NCBI GenBank assembly: GCA_965223705.1
Contig: OZ245015.1
Location: 800,001-864,000 of the forward strand
Direction of reading: 5' to 3'
Origin: Myxococcota bacterium
GTDB taxonomy: Bacteria > Myxococcota_A > UBA9160 > UBA6930
DNA length: 64,000 nt
The position numbers and the translations under genes were made by a program. A model generated the notes under the pieces. It ran no database searches and was not told the DNA's origin. It saw only the letters and a program-made list of their open reading frames with translations. Numbering within the stretch: position 1 is the stretch's first letter; the number at the start of each line of letters is the position of its first letter. Positions 1 through 9,911 of this stretch are shown here, piece by piece.

Positions 1-25
1 CGGGAGCCTGGTATCCTCGGTCTCC

Positions 26-478
26 ATGCGCCGCACCCCCATCGGAACGTTCATCGGCCTAGCCGTCGCCCTGTTTCTCTACAACCAGATGAATTCGAGC
101 TCCGGCCAGACTACGCCGGAGCCTTTCGACCCGAATGTCTCCGGGCCGGTCGTGACCGGCGTCCAGCAAGCGTACCTGCAGAAAGCCTCCGGAGTTCTGG
201 TCGAGGAGACCGGTGTCGTCGACCGGGTGCTCGAGGACGATCTCGAAGGCTCGCGACATCAGCGCTTCGTCGTCCGCCTGCGAGACGACCACACGATCTT
301 GATCGCCCACAACATCGATCTTGCCCCGCGGGTCCCGCTCGAGAAGGGCGATCCGGTCCGCTTTTTCGGCGAGTTTGAGTGGAATCCGCGCGGCGGCGTC
401 GTCCACTGGACTCACCGAGACCCCCAGCGACGCCGCCCCGGAGGCTGGATCGACCACGATGGGGAGCGGTACCAATAA
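26..478 (+). CDS. DUF3465-like exported protein
   Basis: N-terminal hydrophobic segment; motifs DDLEGSRHQRF, LIAHNIDLAPR, GEFEWNPRGGVVHWTHRDP recalled from DUF3465. Confidence 0.8.
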   Translation: MRRTPIGTFIGLAVALFLYNQMNSSSGQTTPEPFDPNVSGPVVTGVQQAYLQKASGVLVEETGVVDRVLEDDLEGSRHQRFVVRLRDDHTILIAHNIDLAPRVPLEKGDPVRFFGEFEWNPRGGVVHWTHRDPQRRRPGGWIDHDGERYQ

Positions 479-546
479 GCGGTCGTCGGCCCCCGGTGCG
501 GAGCCAGGAGACGCGCCCTCACCACAAAAATTGCTATTGGTTCTGT

Positions 547-1788
547 GTGCGCGCGCGATGGCTGGGAATCGTTGCAGCCGCTCTGTTGTTGACCCTCCCC
601 CCAGGTACTTCACGCGGCGACGAAGAGCCGGACGACGCGAGGCCCGTGTCGCCCGCCGCTGGTCCTGCGAGTTCCGATTCGGTGACAGGCATCACCGATG
701 CTCCTGACACCGGCGGTGTAATTTCCTCACAGCGATGGGAGGCGGCAACGCTCCTCGGCCACGACGTCGCGCCGGGCGACCGGCGGCGTCTGATCCTCCG
801 TGCGAGTGAGTCGTTCGCTGGCGCTTCCGTCGAAATACCCGTGCTGGCGATTCGAGGACTGACTCCGGGTCCGACACTCTGCCTTACAGCGGGCATACAC
901 GGCGACGAGCTCAACGGCGTCGAAATCGTTCGACACGTGTTCGAACATCAGAAGCCGAAAGAGCTGTCGGGGATGTTGGTGGGGATCCCCGTGGTGAACT
1001 TACATGGCTTTCGGCGCAGCTCGCGCTATCTGCCCGATCGACGCGATTTGAACCGGTATTTCCCCGGCCATCCCGCGGGAAGTTCGGCGTCACGCATCGC
1101 CAACAACGTCTTCGAAAACGTGGTGAGCGCGTGCGACTACCTCGTGGATCTCCACACCGGGTCTTTTCACCGGAGTAACCTCCCCCAGCTGCGCGCGAAT
1201 CTCGACGACCCGCGCCTCCGCGACATGGCGCTGGCGTTCGGGATCGGTGTCGTCGTCCACAGTCGAGGCGCCGTGGGCACGCTGCGGCGCGCCGCCACCG
1301 ACGCCGGCATTGCGGCGGTCACGTACGAAGCCGGCGAACCGATGCGATTCCACGGAAGGGAAATCGACCGCGGGGTCGAGGGCCTGCACTACCTGCTCGC
1401 CTCCCTCGGGATGACCAGCGGCGCGAAGCCCGATGAGGACGCCGATCAGCGACTGTTCTTTCGCTCGCGCTGGGTGCGCGTCAACGACGGCGGCATTTTC
1501 ATCACGAGCAGCGAGCTCGGGGATTCTGTCGAAGTCGGCGATGTCCTGGGGACCGTGACCGATCCGATTTCGAACGAGCGCACGAAGATCATCGCGCCCA
1601 CCAGCGGCCGCATCATCGGGATGGCGTTCTCCCAGGTGGTCATCCCCGGATTCGCCGCGTTCCATATTGGAATCGAAGGCGGCCGCCTCCCCGACGTCGC
1701 GGCGGCCCCGCGCGAACCGGTCGTTCCACCGGTTTCCCACGAGCCGTCAGCGGATCCCGACGAACTTCACGAGCACCTGGACGAATGA
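547..1788 (+). CDS. Exported succinylglutamate desuccinylase/aspartoacylase (M14-like Zn carboxypeptidase) family protein
   Basis: AGIHGDELNG (HxxE), DLNRYFPG, VDLHTG, YEAG; GTG at 547 gives a signal-peptide-like N-terminus (RARWLGIVAAALLLTL); start uncertain. Confidence 0.85.
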   Translation: MRARWLGIVAAALLLTLPPGTSRGDEEPDDARPVSPAAGPASSDSVTGITDAPDTGGVISSQRWEAATLLGHDVAPGDRRRLILRASESFAGASVEIPVLAIRGLTPGPTLCLTAGIHGDELNGVEIVRHVFEHQKPKELSGMLVGIPVVNLHGFRRSSRYLPDRRDLNRYFPGHPAGSSASRIANNVFENVVSACDYLVDLHTGSFHRSNLPQLRANLDDPRLRDMALAFGIGVVVHSRGAVGTLRRAATDAGIAAVTYEAGEPMRFHGREIDRGVEGLHYLLASLGMTSGAKPDEDADQRLFFRSRWVRVNDGGIFITSSELGDSVEVGDVLGTVTDPISNERTKIIAPTSGRIIGMAFSQVVIPGFAAFHIGIEGGRLPDVAAAPREPVVPPVSHEPSADPDELHEHLDE

Positions 1789-3368
1789 CCCGCAGCGTCG
1801 TGATCATCGGGGCCGTTCTCGTGACGGCGGCGCTGGCATTGGTGCTGGTGAAGGTGCTCGTGTACGAGCTTCCCTTGGTGCCCGCAGACACCCGGGGCAT
1901 GTGGCAGGTTGAAACACGCATCACCCTGCGCGGAAACGACCGCGCCGGGAGTGTCACGGCGATGTTGCCGCCGTCCGATGCATCCCAAGTGATCTTCGAT
2001 GAGCACGCGACGACCGCCGATCTCGAATTTTCCGTCCGCGATCGAGACGCCGGACGCTTTGGCGTCTGGCAGGGTCGCATCGGCAACGTCGAAGAGATCG
2101 CGTACGAGTTCCGGGTTCAGACCCTCGCGTCCCGAAGTCAGCTGCCCGGAGGCGAGTATCAAGCTCCTCCGCCGCGTGTCGTGGCCGCGTTTTCCGGCTC
2201 CGATTTCGAGTTGGGGACGGGGCCGCCGGAAGTCCAGACCGTGCTGTCTCAGCTCACTCTTCCCGGGCCGACGGATGTCGCGGCGCGCTTGCGGACCATT
2301 CTCGCTTTCGTAGCGAACGAGATCGCTGTGGCGCCCACGGCCGGTGACGACGCACTGCTGACCCTCGCCCAACGCGAGGGAAGCGCCGAAGGCAAAGAGC
2401 GGTTGTTGGTTCTGCTGTTGCGCGCGGCGGGAATTCCCGCGCGAAGCGTGCGCGGGCTCGCATTGCGCGAAGACCTTCCGCCCGAAGAAATTCTCTGGAG
2501 CGAGGCTTGGGTCAACGGTTCGATCGTTCCGATCTCCGCCGCGCACAACATCATCGGCGACCGACCGGCGGAATGGATCGCGTTCGGGAGCGGGGGAGAC
2601 ACGCTGATCGCAGCGACCGGAGTCCGCGCCGTGGGGCACAGTCACCGAGCCCTTCGCGAGCAATTGCGACCCGAAGAAATCGCAGCCCTGATGGCGCCGG
2701 CCAACCCGATCCTCGCGAAGTTGTCGCTCTACCGATTGCCGGTTCCCACACAGTCCGCACTTCGGGTACTCCTGCTGCTTCCGGTAGGTGCGCTCGCCGT
2801 CGCGATCTTTCGAAACCTCGTCGGAATTCCCACCTTCGGCACATTCATGCCGGTGCTGATCGCGTTGGCCTTGCGCGGGACATCCCTCGTTCAAGGGCTC
2901 CTGTTGGTGGCGCTCGTGATGGCGGTCGGCGTCTTTGGGCGCCTCGCTCTCGATCGCCTTCGCCTGTTGATGGTGCCGCGGCTCGCGATCTTGCTCTGTC
3001 TCGTGGTGCTCGCCGCGACCGGGCTCGCATTGGCCGGCGAGTCGTTCGGCAGTCGCGACTTATTTTCGGCCGTGCTGTTTCCGATCGTGATCCTCACGAT
3101 GCTGGTCGAACGGTTCTCCGTGGCGATGGTGGAAGAGGGCGCGCGCGAGGCGTTTACGCAAGCGGGCTACTCCGTGCTCGTCGCGGTCGCGATCTACCCC
3201 GTCTTCCGCAGCGATCTCGCCGAACACTTGATGTTCTCCTTCCCCGAGCTCGTACTCCTCATCACGGGCCTGTTGGTCTGGATCGGCGGCTACGCCGGCT
3301 ATCGGCTCGCCGACCTGATTCGCTTTCGCGAGCTGTCCAAGAATCTCGCGACGGAGGTTCCGGATTGA
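1785..3368 (+). CDS. Inactive transglutaminase-like domain fused to a 7-TM domain
   Basis: N-terminal anchor; LLRAAGIPARSVRG transglutaminase core without catalytic Cys/His/Asp; C-terminal multi-TM region with RNLVGIPTFGTFMPVLIALA and GYRLADLIRF; ATGA overlap with upstream gene. Confidence 0.85.
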   Translation: MTRSVVIIGAVLVTAALALVLVKVLVYELPLVPADTRGMWQVETRITLRGNDRAGSVTAMLPPSDASQVIFDEHATTADLEFSVRDRDAGRFGVWQGRIGNVEEIAYEFRVQTLASRSQLPGGEYQAPPPRVVAAFSGSDFELGTGPPEVQTVLSQLTLPGPTDVAARLRTILAFVANEIAVAPTAGDDALLTLAQREGSAEGKERLLVLLLRAAGIPARSVRGLALREDLPPEEILWSEAWVNGSIVPISAAHNIIGDRPAEWIAFGSGGDTLIAATGVRAVGHSHRALREQLRPEEIAALMAPANPILAKLSLYRLPVPTQSALRVLLLLPVGALAVAIFRNLVGIPTFGTFMPVLIALALRGTSLVQGLLLVALVMAVGVFGRLALDRLRLLMVPRLAILLCLVVLAATGLALAGESFGSRDLFSAVLFPIVILTMLVERFSVAMVEEGAREAFTQAGYSVLVAVAIYPVFRSDLAEHLMFSFPELVLLITGLLVWIGGYAGYRLADLIRFRELSKNLATEVPD

Positions 3369-4321
3369 TACTCAGGACCCTCCGACGCGCCGGGATCCTC
3401 GGTGTGAACCGCCGCAACCGCGACTATCTACTCCGCTGCAACGAGCGGCGTTTGTTCCCCTTGGTCGACAACAAGCTCTCGACCAAAGCGCTGTGCGAGA
3501 AGGCCGGAATCCCCGTTCCTCGAACCTTGGCCGTTGCAAAGCACCATTTCGAGATCGCGCCGCTGGTCGCGAAGCTGTCGACCGAGGACAGCTTCGTGCT
3601 GAAGCCGGCCCGCGGCGCGATGGGCAACGGGATCACGGTCATTATCGGTCGCGACGGAGACGCCTGGCTCCGCTCCGGAGGGCGAACGTTTGCGGCGGAT
3701 CAGCTCGCCTACCAAGCGGCGGGCATCGTGTCGGGGTTGTACGCCCTGGGTGGTCACGCGGACATCGCTTTTGCCGAGGAGCGACTCGTCGCCCACAAAG
3801 CGCTTCGCGAGCTCGGAGACGCGGGCGTCGCGGACCTGCGGGTCATCGTGTACCGAGGCGTCCCGGTGATGGCGATGACGCGTATCCCAACGCGGAGCTC
3901 CGGCGGTCGTGCGAACCTCCACCAGGGAGCCATCGGCGTCGGCGTCGATCTCGGAACCGGGCGCACCGTGCATGCCGTCCGCCACAATCGAGCTCTTCGG
4001 CGCAACCCCGACAGCGGCCAACCGCTGATCGGCCAAGTCATTCCGGATTTCGGGCGGGCGTTGGGGATCGCCGTCGCGGCGACCGACGAGACGGGCCTTC
4101 AGTACGTCGGCGCCGACGTCGTCGTCGACGATCGCTTCGGCCCCGTAATCCTCGAACTCAACGCACGACCCGGTCTGTCGATCCAAGTCGCGAATCAGGC
4201 CGGCTTGTTGCCGCGCCTCGACGCGGTAGACGAACGACGACGCGAGGGTGCGAGCCGAGCCGAGCGCGTTCTCCTGGGCCGCGAGATCGGGCGCGGTTGG
4301 CACGCGAGGCAGGCGGCGTGA
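3365..4321 (+). CDS. Alpha-L-glutamate ligase-like ATP-grasp protein (RimK-related)
   Basis: GILGVNRRN, VDNKLSTK, FVLKPARGAMGNGI, DLRVIV, ANLHQGAIGVG, GADVV, LELNARPGLSIQ; TTG start overlapping the upstream TGA. Confidence 0.88.
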   Translation: MILRTLRRAGILGVNRRNRDYLLRCNERRLFPLVDNKLSTKALCEKAGIPVPRTLAVAKHHFEIAPLVAKLSTEDSFVLKPARGAMGNGITVIIGRDGDAWLRSGGRTFAADQLAYQAAGIVSGLYALGGHADIAFAEERLVAHKALRELGDAGVADLRVIVYRGVPVMAMTRIPTRSSGGRANLHQGAIGVGVDLGTGRTVHAVRHNRALRRNPDSGQPLIGQVIPDFGRALGIAVAATDETGLQYVGADVVVDDRFGPVILELNARPGLSIQVANQAGLLPRLDAVDERRREGASRAERVLLGREIGRGWHARQAA

Positions 4322-4349
4322 GGGCCGTTTTCTACCTCCGAGGCGTCGG

Positions 4350-5630
4350 ATGAAGTTCCCGCCCCCCTGGAATCCACTCGGGACCGCGATCCTTGTGGCC
4401 CTCGTCGCGGTCGCGTTGGCTCCGTTGCATCAGCACGCGACGGCCGAGCAGGAGACCAGCGAGTACGCCCTCGATTACCGCGTCACGCTGGTTCCGAGTA
4501 AGCGCTCGGCGACCGTGGCCATTCGGGTTGGGCCGGGGGATCTCGTCAACTGGATCCGTCTCGCGATCGATCCGGATCGACACTTCGAGTTCGACGGTGA
4601 CGGAGGGCTCGAGGTGGCGGAGGATTTCGTCCGGTGGGAGCCGCCCGCCGCCGGCGGGACGCTCCGCTATCGCATTCGCATCGATCACGTCCGAGACGAG
4701 GCGACGTACGATGCCCGCTTGACGCCCAACTGGGCGATCTTTCGCGGCGATGATCTGGTGCCGCCCGCTCGGGTCGACACCGTCGGCGTCGCCGAAGCCC
4801 GCGCGACGCTGACCTTCAAGCTGCCCGAAGGTTGGTCGATCGCGGTCCCTTACGAAAAGATCGGGCCCGGTCGCTATCGCATCCAACATCCCCATCGGCG
4901 TTTCGACCGCCCTGTCGGCTGGATGGCGGTCGGCAAACTCGCGATCACCCGCGAACGAGTCGCGGGTACGCGGGTCGCTATCGCCGGACCCGTCGGTCAG
5001 GGGCTTCGCCGACAAGACATTCTCGCGATGATGCGCTGGACCCTGCCGGTGTTGCGCGACGTCACGGGAGGTCTTCCCGACCGCCTCCTCATTGTCGGCG
5101 CCGGCGATCCGATGTGGCGAGGCGGTTTGTCCGGCCCGGCCTCGCTCTTCCTTCACGCGGACCGCCCCATGATCACCACCGACGGGACGAGTCCGCTCCT
5201 CCACGAGCTCGTTCATGCGGTGACCCGTCTGCGCTCCGGCCCGGGGGGCGATTGGATCGTCGAAGGCCTCGCCGAGCTCTATTCCATCGAGCTGTTGGTC
5301 CGTTCGAAATCCATGAGCCGTCGGAGATACGCCAAGGTGCTGCGCAAGCTCGAGAAAAAGGGTTCTGCGGTGCGCAATCTCGAAACGAACCGCTCACACG
5401 GTGCGGTCACGGCGCGCGCCGTCACCGCCCTACACGATCTCGACGAGATGATTCGGGGCGCCACCGAGGACGAGACGAGCCTCGACGATTTAGTTGCGCG
5501 GATGGTGGCAGAGCGAATACCGCTCACCACCGATGGCTTGCGGGCGCACGCCGAGGCGGCGACCGGGAGAGATTTGGGCTCGTTCTTTGCGGCGCTTCCC
5601 CGCCAGCGCGATCTCGCGAACCAGCCTTAG
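4350..5630 (+). CDS. Exported gluzincin metallopeptidase (M61/M1-like)
   Basis: Signal peptide; HELVH (HExxH) followed by DWIVEGLAELYS. Confidence 0.75.
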   Translation: MKFPPPWNPLGTAILVALVAVALAPLHQHATAEQETSEYALDYRVTLVPSKRSATVAIRVGPGDLVNWIRLAIDPDRHFEFDGDGGLEVAEDFVRWEPPAAGGTLRYRIRIDHVRDEATYDARLTPNWAIFRGDDLVPPARVDTVGVAEARATLTFKLPEGWSIAVPYEKIGPGRYRIQHPHRRFDRPVGWMAVGKLAITRERVAGTRVAIAGPVGQGLRRQDILAMMRWTLPVLRDVTGGLPDRLLIVGAGDPMWRGGLSGPASLFLHADRPMITTDGTSPLLHELVHAVTRLRSGPGGDWIVEGLAELYSIELLVRSKSMSRRRYAKVLRKLEKKGSAVRNLETNRSHGAVTARAVTALHDLDEMIRGATEDETSLDDLVARMVAERIPLTTDGLRAHAEAATGRDLGSFFAALPRQRDLANQP

Positions 5631-5635
5631 CGGGC

Positions 5636-6265
5636 TCACCGCCAGGCGAACACGGGCTGCTCGAATTCGTGGACTCGGGTGTCGCGCCCCCACACGGCGA
5701 CCTCTCGAAGCTGAAACAGAATCGCCGCTGTCGGAGCGTGTATTTCCGTGCCGAGCATGGGAATCGCGATCACCGATCGCTCGCTTTCGGGGATGCTTTT
5801 CAGAATCGGGACGTCCGGCGCGTCGAGGGTCGCGAGGGGCACCCGGTACGTCGCAGCAACTTCGGTGGGATCGTGCGCGAGGTCGGGGTCGGGCCCGGCC
5901 CATACGACAAAGGGCGTAATGACGAAGCCCGAGCGCGTCGGGTAGTCGTCGAGCTGTCCGAGAACCTGATCGGGATCGAGTCGAAGACCCACCTCCTCGC
6001 GGAGCTCGCGCAAGGCCGCCTCCTCGAGGGTCTCGCCCTCATCGAGTCGCCCGCCCGGTAGAGCCCACTGCCCGGCGTGCCGCCTCAGCTTGGCGGCGCG
6101 TCGGGTGATCAAAAAGCACGCTTCCCCTTCACCGTCGCCGAGCACCACTGCGGCAACCGCCGCCGCTCTTCGGTCGCCCCGCGGTTCCGGTCGTCGTTCG
6201 AAGCGTCCGAGGTTGGCCGTCATGCGGTCTCGCAGCGCGGGTTCAAAGGGATGCCGGTTGACCAT
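5636..6265 (-). CDS. Nudix CoA pyrophosphatase (NudL/PCD1 family)
   Basis: LITRRAAKLRRHAGQWALPGG preceding Nudix box GRLDEGETLEEAALRELREEVG; start uncertain. Confidence 0.85.
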   Translation of the reverse strand: MVNRHPFEPALRDRMTANLGRFERRPEPRGDRRAAAVAAVVLGDGEGEACFLITRRAAKLRRHAGQWALPGGRLDEGETLEEAALRELREEVGLRLDPDQVLGQLDDYPTRSGFVITPFVVWAGPDPDLAHDPTEVAATYRVPLATLDAPDVPILKSIPESERSVIAIPMLGTEIHAPTAAILFQLREVAVWGRDTRVHEFEQPVFAWR

Positions 6266-6370
6266 TCGGGGAACCATAGCGGGCCCATGGAGCGAATCGG
6301 TGAGGGAATATTGCCGCACTCACGAATTTCGTCGGTGCTGTCCGCGCCGCGATAAACCCTGCTTCATCGG

Positions 6371-9300
6371 GTGCGTACAGCGACCGATGTACGAGAGGTG
6401 CGCGTTCCTAAGACGTCCTTAGACCGGTGGATTCGAGCCGGGTGGGTGTTGTTTTTCGCCGCGGTCAGCGCCGCGGCGAACGCGGGGCCGGAGTCCGCCC
6501 CGCGGCTCGCCGTCGTCGCGCCGCGTACCCAGTCCGGTTCCGACATTCTGGGTCCCGCTGTCGGGCGTTTCGTGCACCAGGCTCTCGTCGACCGTGGAAT
6601 CGCCACCGTGCCCTTCGAGCAATCGGGGCGCCGAAGCGTCGACGATTCCGCGGAAGCCGTTCGGCTGCTGGCGGAGCGACTCGATGCCGACCAGGTCGTC
6701 CTCGCTACCTGGGGGCGGGTCGAGCGCGCGCCCGTACTCGAGCTCTTCGTGTTCGACGCATCGACGGGCGAGCTCGCCGATCACGTCAGCGCCCGCGCGC
6801 CGCTTTCTCGCCTGGGTGAAACCCTGGTCGACGTAACGACCCTGTTGTGGGGGCCCATGCCCCGGGGCGACAGCGTTCGCGCCCCCGAGCTCTGGGAGCT
6901 CGCGCGCTACGGCCGCGCCGAAGTCTATCTCGCGAACGGACAGCTCCCCGAGGCGTGGCGGGCGCTCGACCGACTCGATTCACCCGTCGTCCGGTCCCTA
7001 CGGGCGGCGATCGATCAAAAGAACGCCCGAGCGGACAACGATCCCAGTCGGCGGTCGCGCTTGGCTACGGCAAGTGGCCGACCGGATCCGGACTGGTCAC
7101 ATATCCGCGCGGGCTTGACGCGCTCACCGGGCCCCGAGCTGCTGCTAGCGGCCGCGGAGGCTGCGAGCGCCCGGCGCGACGTCGACCTGGCCTTGCAACT
7201 GTTCTCTCGCGCCCGGGACGCACTCGGGCGCGCGAGCCGGTCGGGCGACAAACACCATCCCTTGGAGCGCACCGTGTTGGCTGGGCTCGCGCGGAGCCAG
7301 TCGGCCCGCGGCGACCACGCGGCCGCGCGCGAAACCTATTCCCAGTGGGCGGATCGCGATCCCGTCGATCCCACACCTCTCGCCGAAGCTGCGGAGCTTC
7401 CGGAAGACGACGCTCGGAAGGCTGCAACGCGCTGGGTGGCGGCGGCGGACCGCTATCGCCGCGTCTACGAGAGCCGGCTCGCCGAGCGGGCGTACGCGAG
7501 GGCGGTAGAACTCGATCCCGACCGAACCGCAGAGGTCGCATCGAAGTTGGCTTCGATGGCCGCGGATTGGGGTCGGGAGCGCGAAGCCGCTCGGCACTTC
7601 GCGCAAGCTGAAAGACATGGCGGGCTTCCCGCGCCGATGCACGAACTGCGCGGCTACATCGCCTTGGGCCGCAACGAGATCCCTCAGGCGCTGCGTCATT
7701 TTCGCGCGGCCCAATCGATTTCTCCGAAACGCCCAGCGACGCTTGCGGGTCTTGGGCTCGCTCTCGTTGCGGCCGGCGAGAGCGAAGAGGGCGTCGAAAT
7801 CCTCGAGCGGGCGCTGGCCCTGGACCCGACCGAGGGAACCGCGCGGCTGGCCCTCGCGCGTTGGCAGCAGTCCCGAGGAGACAAAGCTCGCGCGAGAAAG
7901 ACGCTCGCAGACGTTCCCCCTGGAACCTCGGAACGCGCCGCCTTGGGCTACGCGCTCGGCGCCATGCTCGCGGAAGAGAGCGACCCCGAGGCGGCGTCGA
8001 CACTGTCTGCCGTAGCTCATGCGTATCGCGGCGACCCGAATTTCCAGAGGGTCTACGCGAAAGCGCTCAACGAAAGCGGCGACGCCGCACTCGCTTCGGA
8101 ACGCAGGCGGCGGGCGGAGACCCTCCGGCGCAGTTCGCTCGCTTCCCGGCAGCAGCCACTGCCGGTCGAAGACTCCCTGCGGCGTTTGGTAGAGAGCTTC
8201 CCTCTCGAGGGTCCGACCGAAGCGAGTCGGCTCCAGCGCGTCGGGTTCATCGGGCTGACCCGTCCCCTGGTCGGCTGGGAGCGGTTGCGCTTTTTCTACG
8301 CGCCTGGAAAGGACCGTTTGGCGCGCCTCGAAGACGAACTCATCGCGGCGCTCGCGAAGCGCTACGACGTCGAGCGGGCCGACCCGCCCGAGGCCTTCGC
8401 CGCCGCCGCCTTGCGGGTGCGCGATTTCAAGACGGGTCTGGTCGACGTCGCCGGCTTGAACCGGCAGATGCGAACCGACGCCGTGTTTACGGCGCGTCTC
8501 GTCGGCCACAGCGGTGCCGGAGGCGGCCTGCTCCTCGAGGCGCGGTTACTTGGCGGCGTCGCACCGGATCACGCCTTTATTCTGACGAACGAAATTCGTC
8601 TCGACCCGGCACAGCTGCCCGGCAGCCAGATCCATATGTTTCCGTTCATTCTGTCGGCGATCGCACTGCTGTGCGCCTTTCTCGGCGCGAGGCGGATTTC
8701 GTGGGACGAGCTCGAGGACGCCTTCAACCGCCGGATCGCCGACGCCGGTTACCACATGCGGATCCGACTCGCGCGCTTGCGGTCCGGTGGGGACCAGGCG
8801 GCTCCGCCCGACGACGAAGAAGACCGTCATCTCGAAGAGCGGCCTGTCGAGTGGACCGCTCTGCCGGAAGACGAAAAAGAGACCGAGCACGAATCAGAAC
8901 GGATCGGCGACCGCTACGTGGTTCTCGGAGAGCTCGGTCGCGGCGGAATGGGCGTTGTGCTGAAAGCGCGCGACGAGCGGCTGCGTCGGATCGTCGCGCT
9001 GAAACAGCTCCGCGAGAACGCGCGCGGAAATCCGGTGGCGAAGCAGCTCTTCCTCCGCGAGGCACGCGCTGCGGCGTCCCTCAATCATCCGAACATCGTC
9101 ACCGTCTACGACGTCGATGAATGGGACGGCGGGATCGTGATCGCGATGGAATATCTCGAGGGCGAGGGCCTCGACGCGATCCTCAAACGAAAAGGCCATC
9201 TGACGCCCGAGGACGCCTCTCGCATCGGCGCCCAAATCTGCAGCGGATTGTCCTACGCCCACGCGCGGGATCTGGTCCACCGCGATGTCAAGACATCGAA

Positions 9301-9700
9301 CCTGTTTCTCACACACAATCGGATCGTGAAGATCATGGATTTCGGGCTCGCGAAGTTCAGTTCGCCCGATCGCCCGGCTCGGGGGGGTCCCGGTGGAACC
9401 CCCTATTTCATGTCGCCCGAGCAGACCCGGGGCGAACCGGTGGATCACCGGTCCGATCTCTACTCGTTTGGTGTGACGCTCTTTCACCTACTGACCGGCC
9501 ACGTACCGTACGGCACGGGCGACATCGCCGAGCAGCACCGCACGGCACCCGTCCCGGACCCGCGGGAGCTCAAGCCGGATATTCCCGAAGCCTTGGTGCG
9601 CCTCATCCGAGCGCTCTTGGCGAAAAGGCCCGAGGATCGGCCCATCGACGCCACTTGGGTCGGCCAGCGGCTGGTTGGCGGCTTCGAGAAGGCTCCGTGA
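6371..9700 (+). CDS. Membrane Ser/Thr protein kinase with large extracytoplasmic TPR region
   Basis: Signal-like N-terminus, TPR-like helical repeats, TM at about 8636-8690, C-terminal Hanks kinase (GRGGMG, VALK, HRDVKTSN, DFG, GTPYFMSPE, DLYSFG). Confidence 0.85.
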   Translation: MRTATDVREVRVPKTSLDRWIRAGWVLFFAAVSAAANAGPESAPRLAVVAPRTQSGSDILGPAVGRFVHQALVDRGIATVPFEQSGRRSVDDSAEAVRLLAERLDADQVVLATWGRVERAPVLELFVFDASTGELADHVSARAPLSRLGETLVDVTTLLWGPMPRGDSVRAPELWELARYGRAEVYLANGQLPEAWRALDRLDSPVVRSLRAAIDQKNARADNDPSRRSRLATASGRPDPDWSHIRAGLTRSPGPELLLAAAEAASARRDVDLALQLFSRARDALGRASRSGDKHHPLERTVLAGLARSQSARGDHAAARETYSQWADRDPVDPTPLAEAAELPEDDARKAATRWVAAADRYRRVYESRLAERAYARAVELDPDRTAEVASKLASMAADWGREREAARHFAQAERHGGLPAPMHELRGYIALGRNEIPQALRHFRAAQSISPKRPATLAGLGLALVAAGESEEGVEILERALALDPTEGTARLALARWQQSRGDKARARKTLADVPPGTSERAALGYALGAMLAEESDPEAASTLSAVAHAYRGDPNFQRVYAKALNESGDAALASERRRRAETLRRSSLASRQQPLPVEDSLRRLVESFPLEGPTEASRLQRVGFIGLTRPLVGWERLRFFYAPGKDRLARLEDELIAALAKRYDVERADPPEAFAAAALRVRDFKTGLVDVAGLNRQMRTDAVFTARLVGHSGAGGGLLLEARLLGGVAPDHAFILTNEIRLDPAQLPGSQIHMFPFILSAIALLCAFLGARRISWDELEDAFNRRIADAGYHMRIRLARLRSGGDQAAPPDDEEDRHLEERPVEWTALPEDEKETEHESERIGDRYVVLGELGRGGMGVVLKARDERLRRIVALKQLRENARGNPVAKQLFLREARAAASLNHPNIVTVYDVDEWDGGIVIAMEYLEGEGLDAILKRKGHLTPEDASRIGAQICSGLSYAHARDLVHRDVKTSNLFLTHNRIVKIMDFGLAKFSSPDRPARGGPGGTPYFMSPEQTRGEPVDHRSDLYSFGVTLFHLLTGHVPYGTGDIAEQHRTAPVPDPRELKPDIPEALVRLIRALLAKRPEDRPIDATWVGQRLVGGFEKAP

Positions 9701-9911
9701 ACAACGCGAGGGTGGCGCGCGTCAAAAGGGTGAGAAGTCGGCGACTCGCGAAAAAAATCGGTCGACAGGGCCACCCCGTCACCGAAGGGTGTTTCTGGTC
9801 CGCCGCGCGAGAGCTAGTTTTAGAACCTCGATCGTCCGGCCGATGCACACGGTGGAGCGGCGCGAGGCGGTCGAAACGGCCTCGACAAAGGTTCTCGGAG
9901 ATACGCTGGAA

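Noticed and set aside
2507..3364. N-terminal extension of the 604-aa ORF
   Set aside because: Alternative frame of the 7TM gene; the ATP-grasp similarity begins only at TTG 3365
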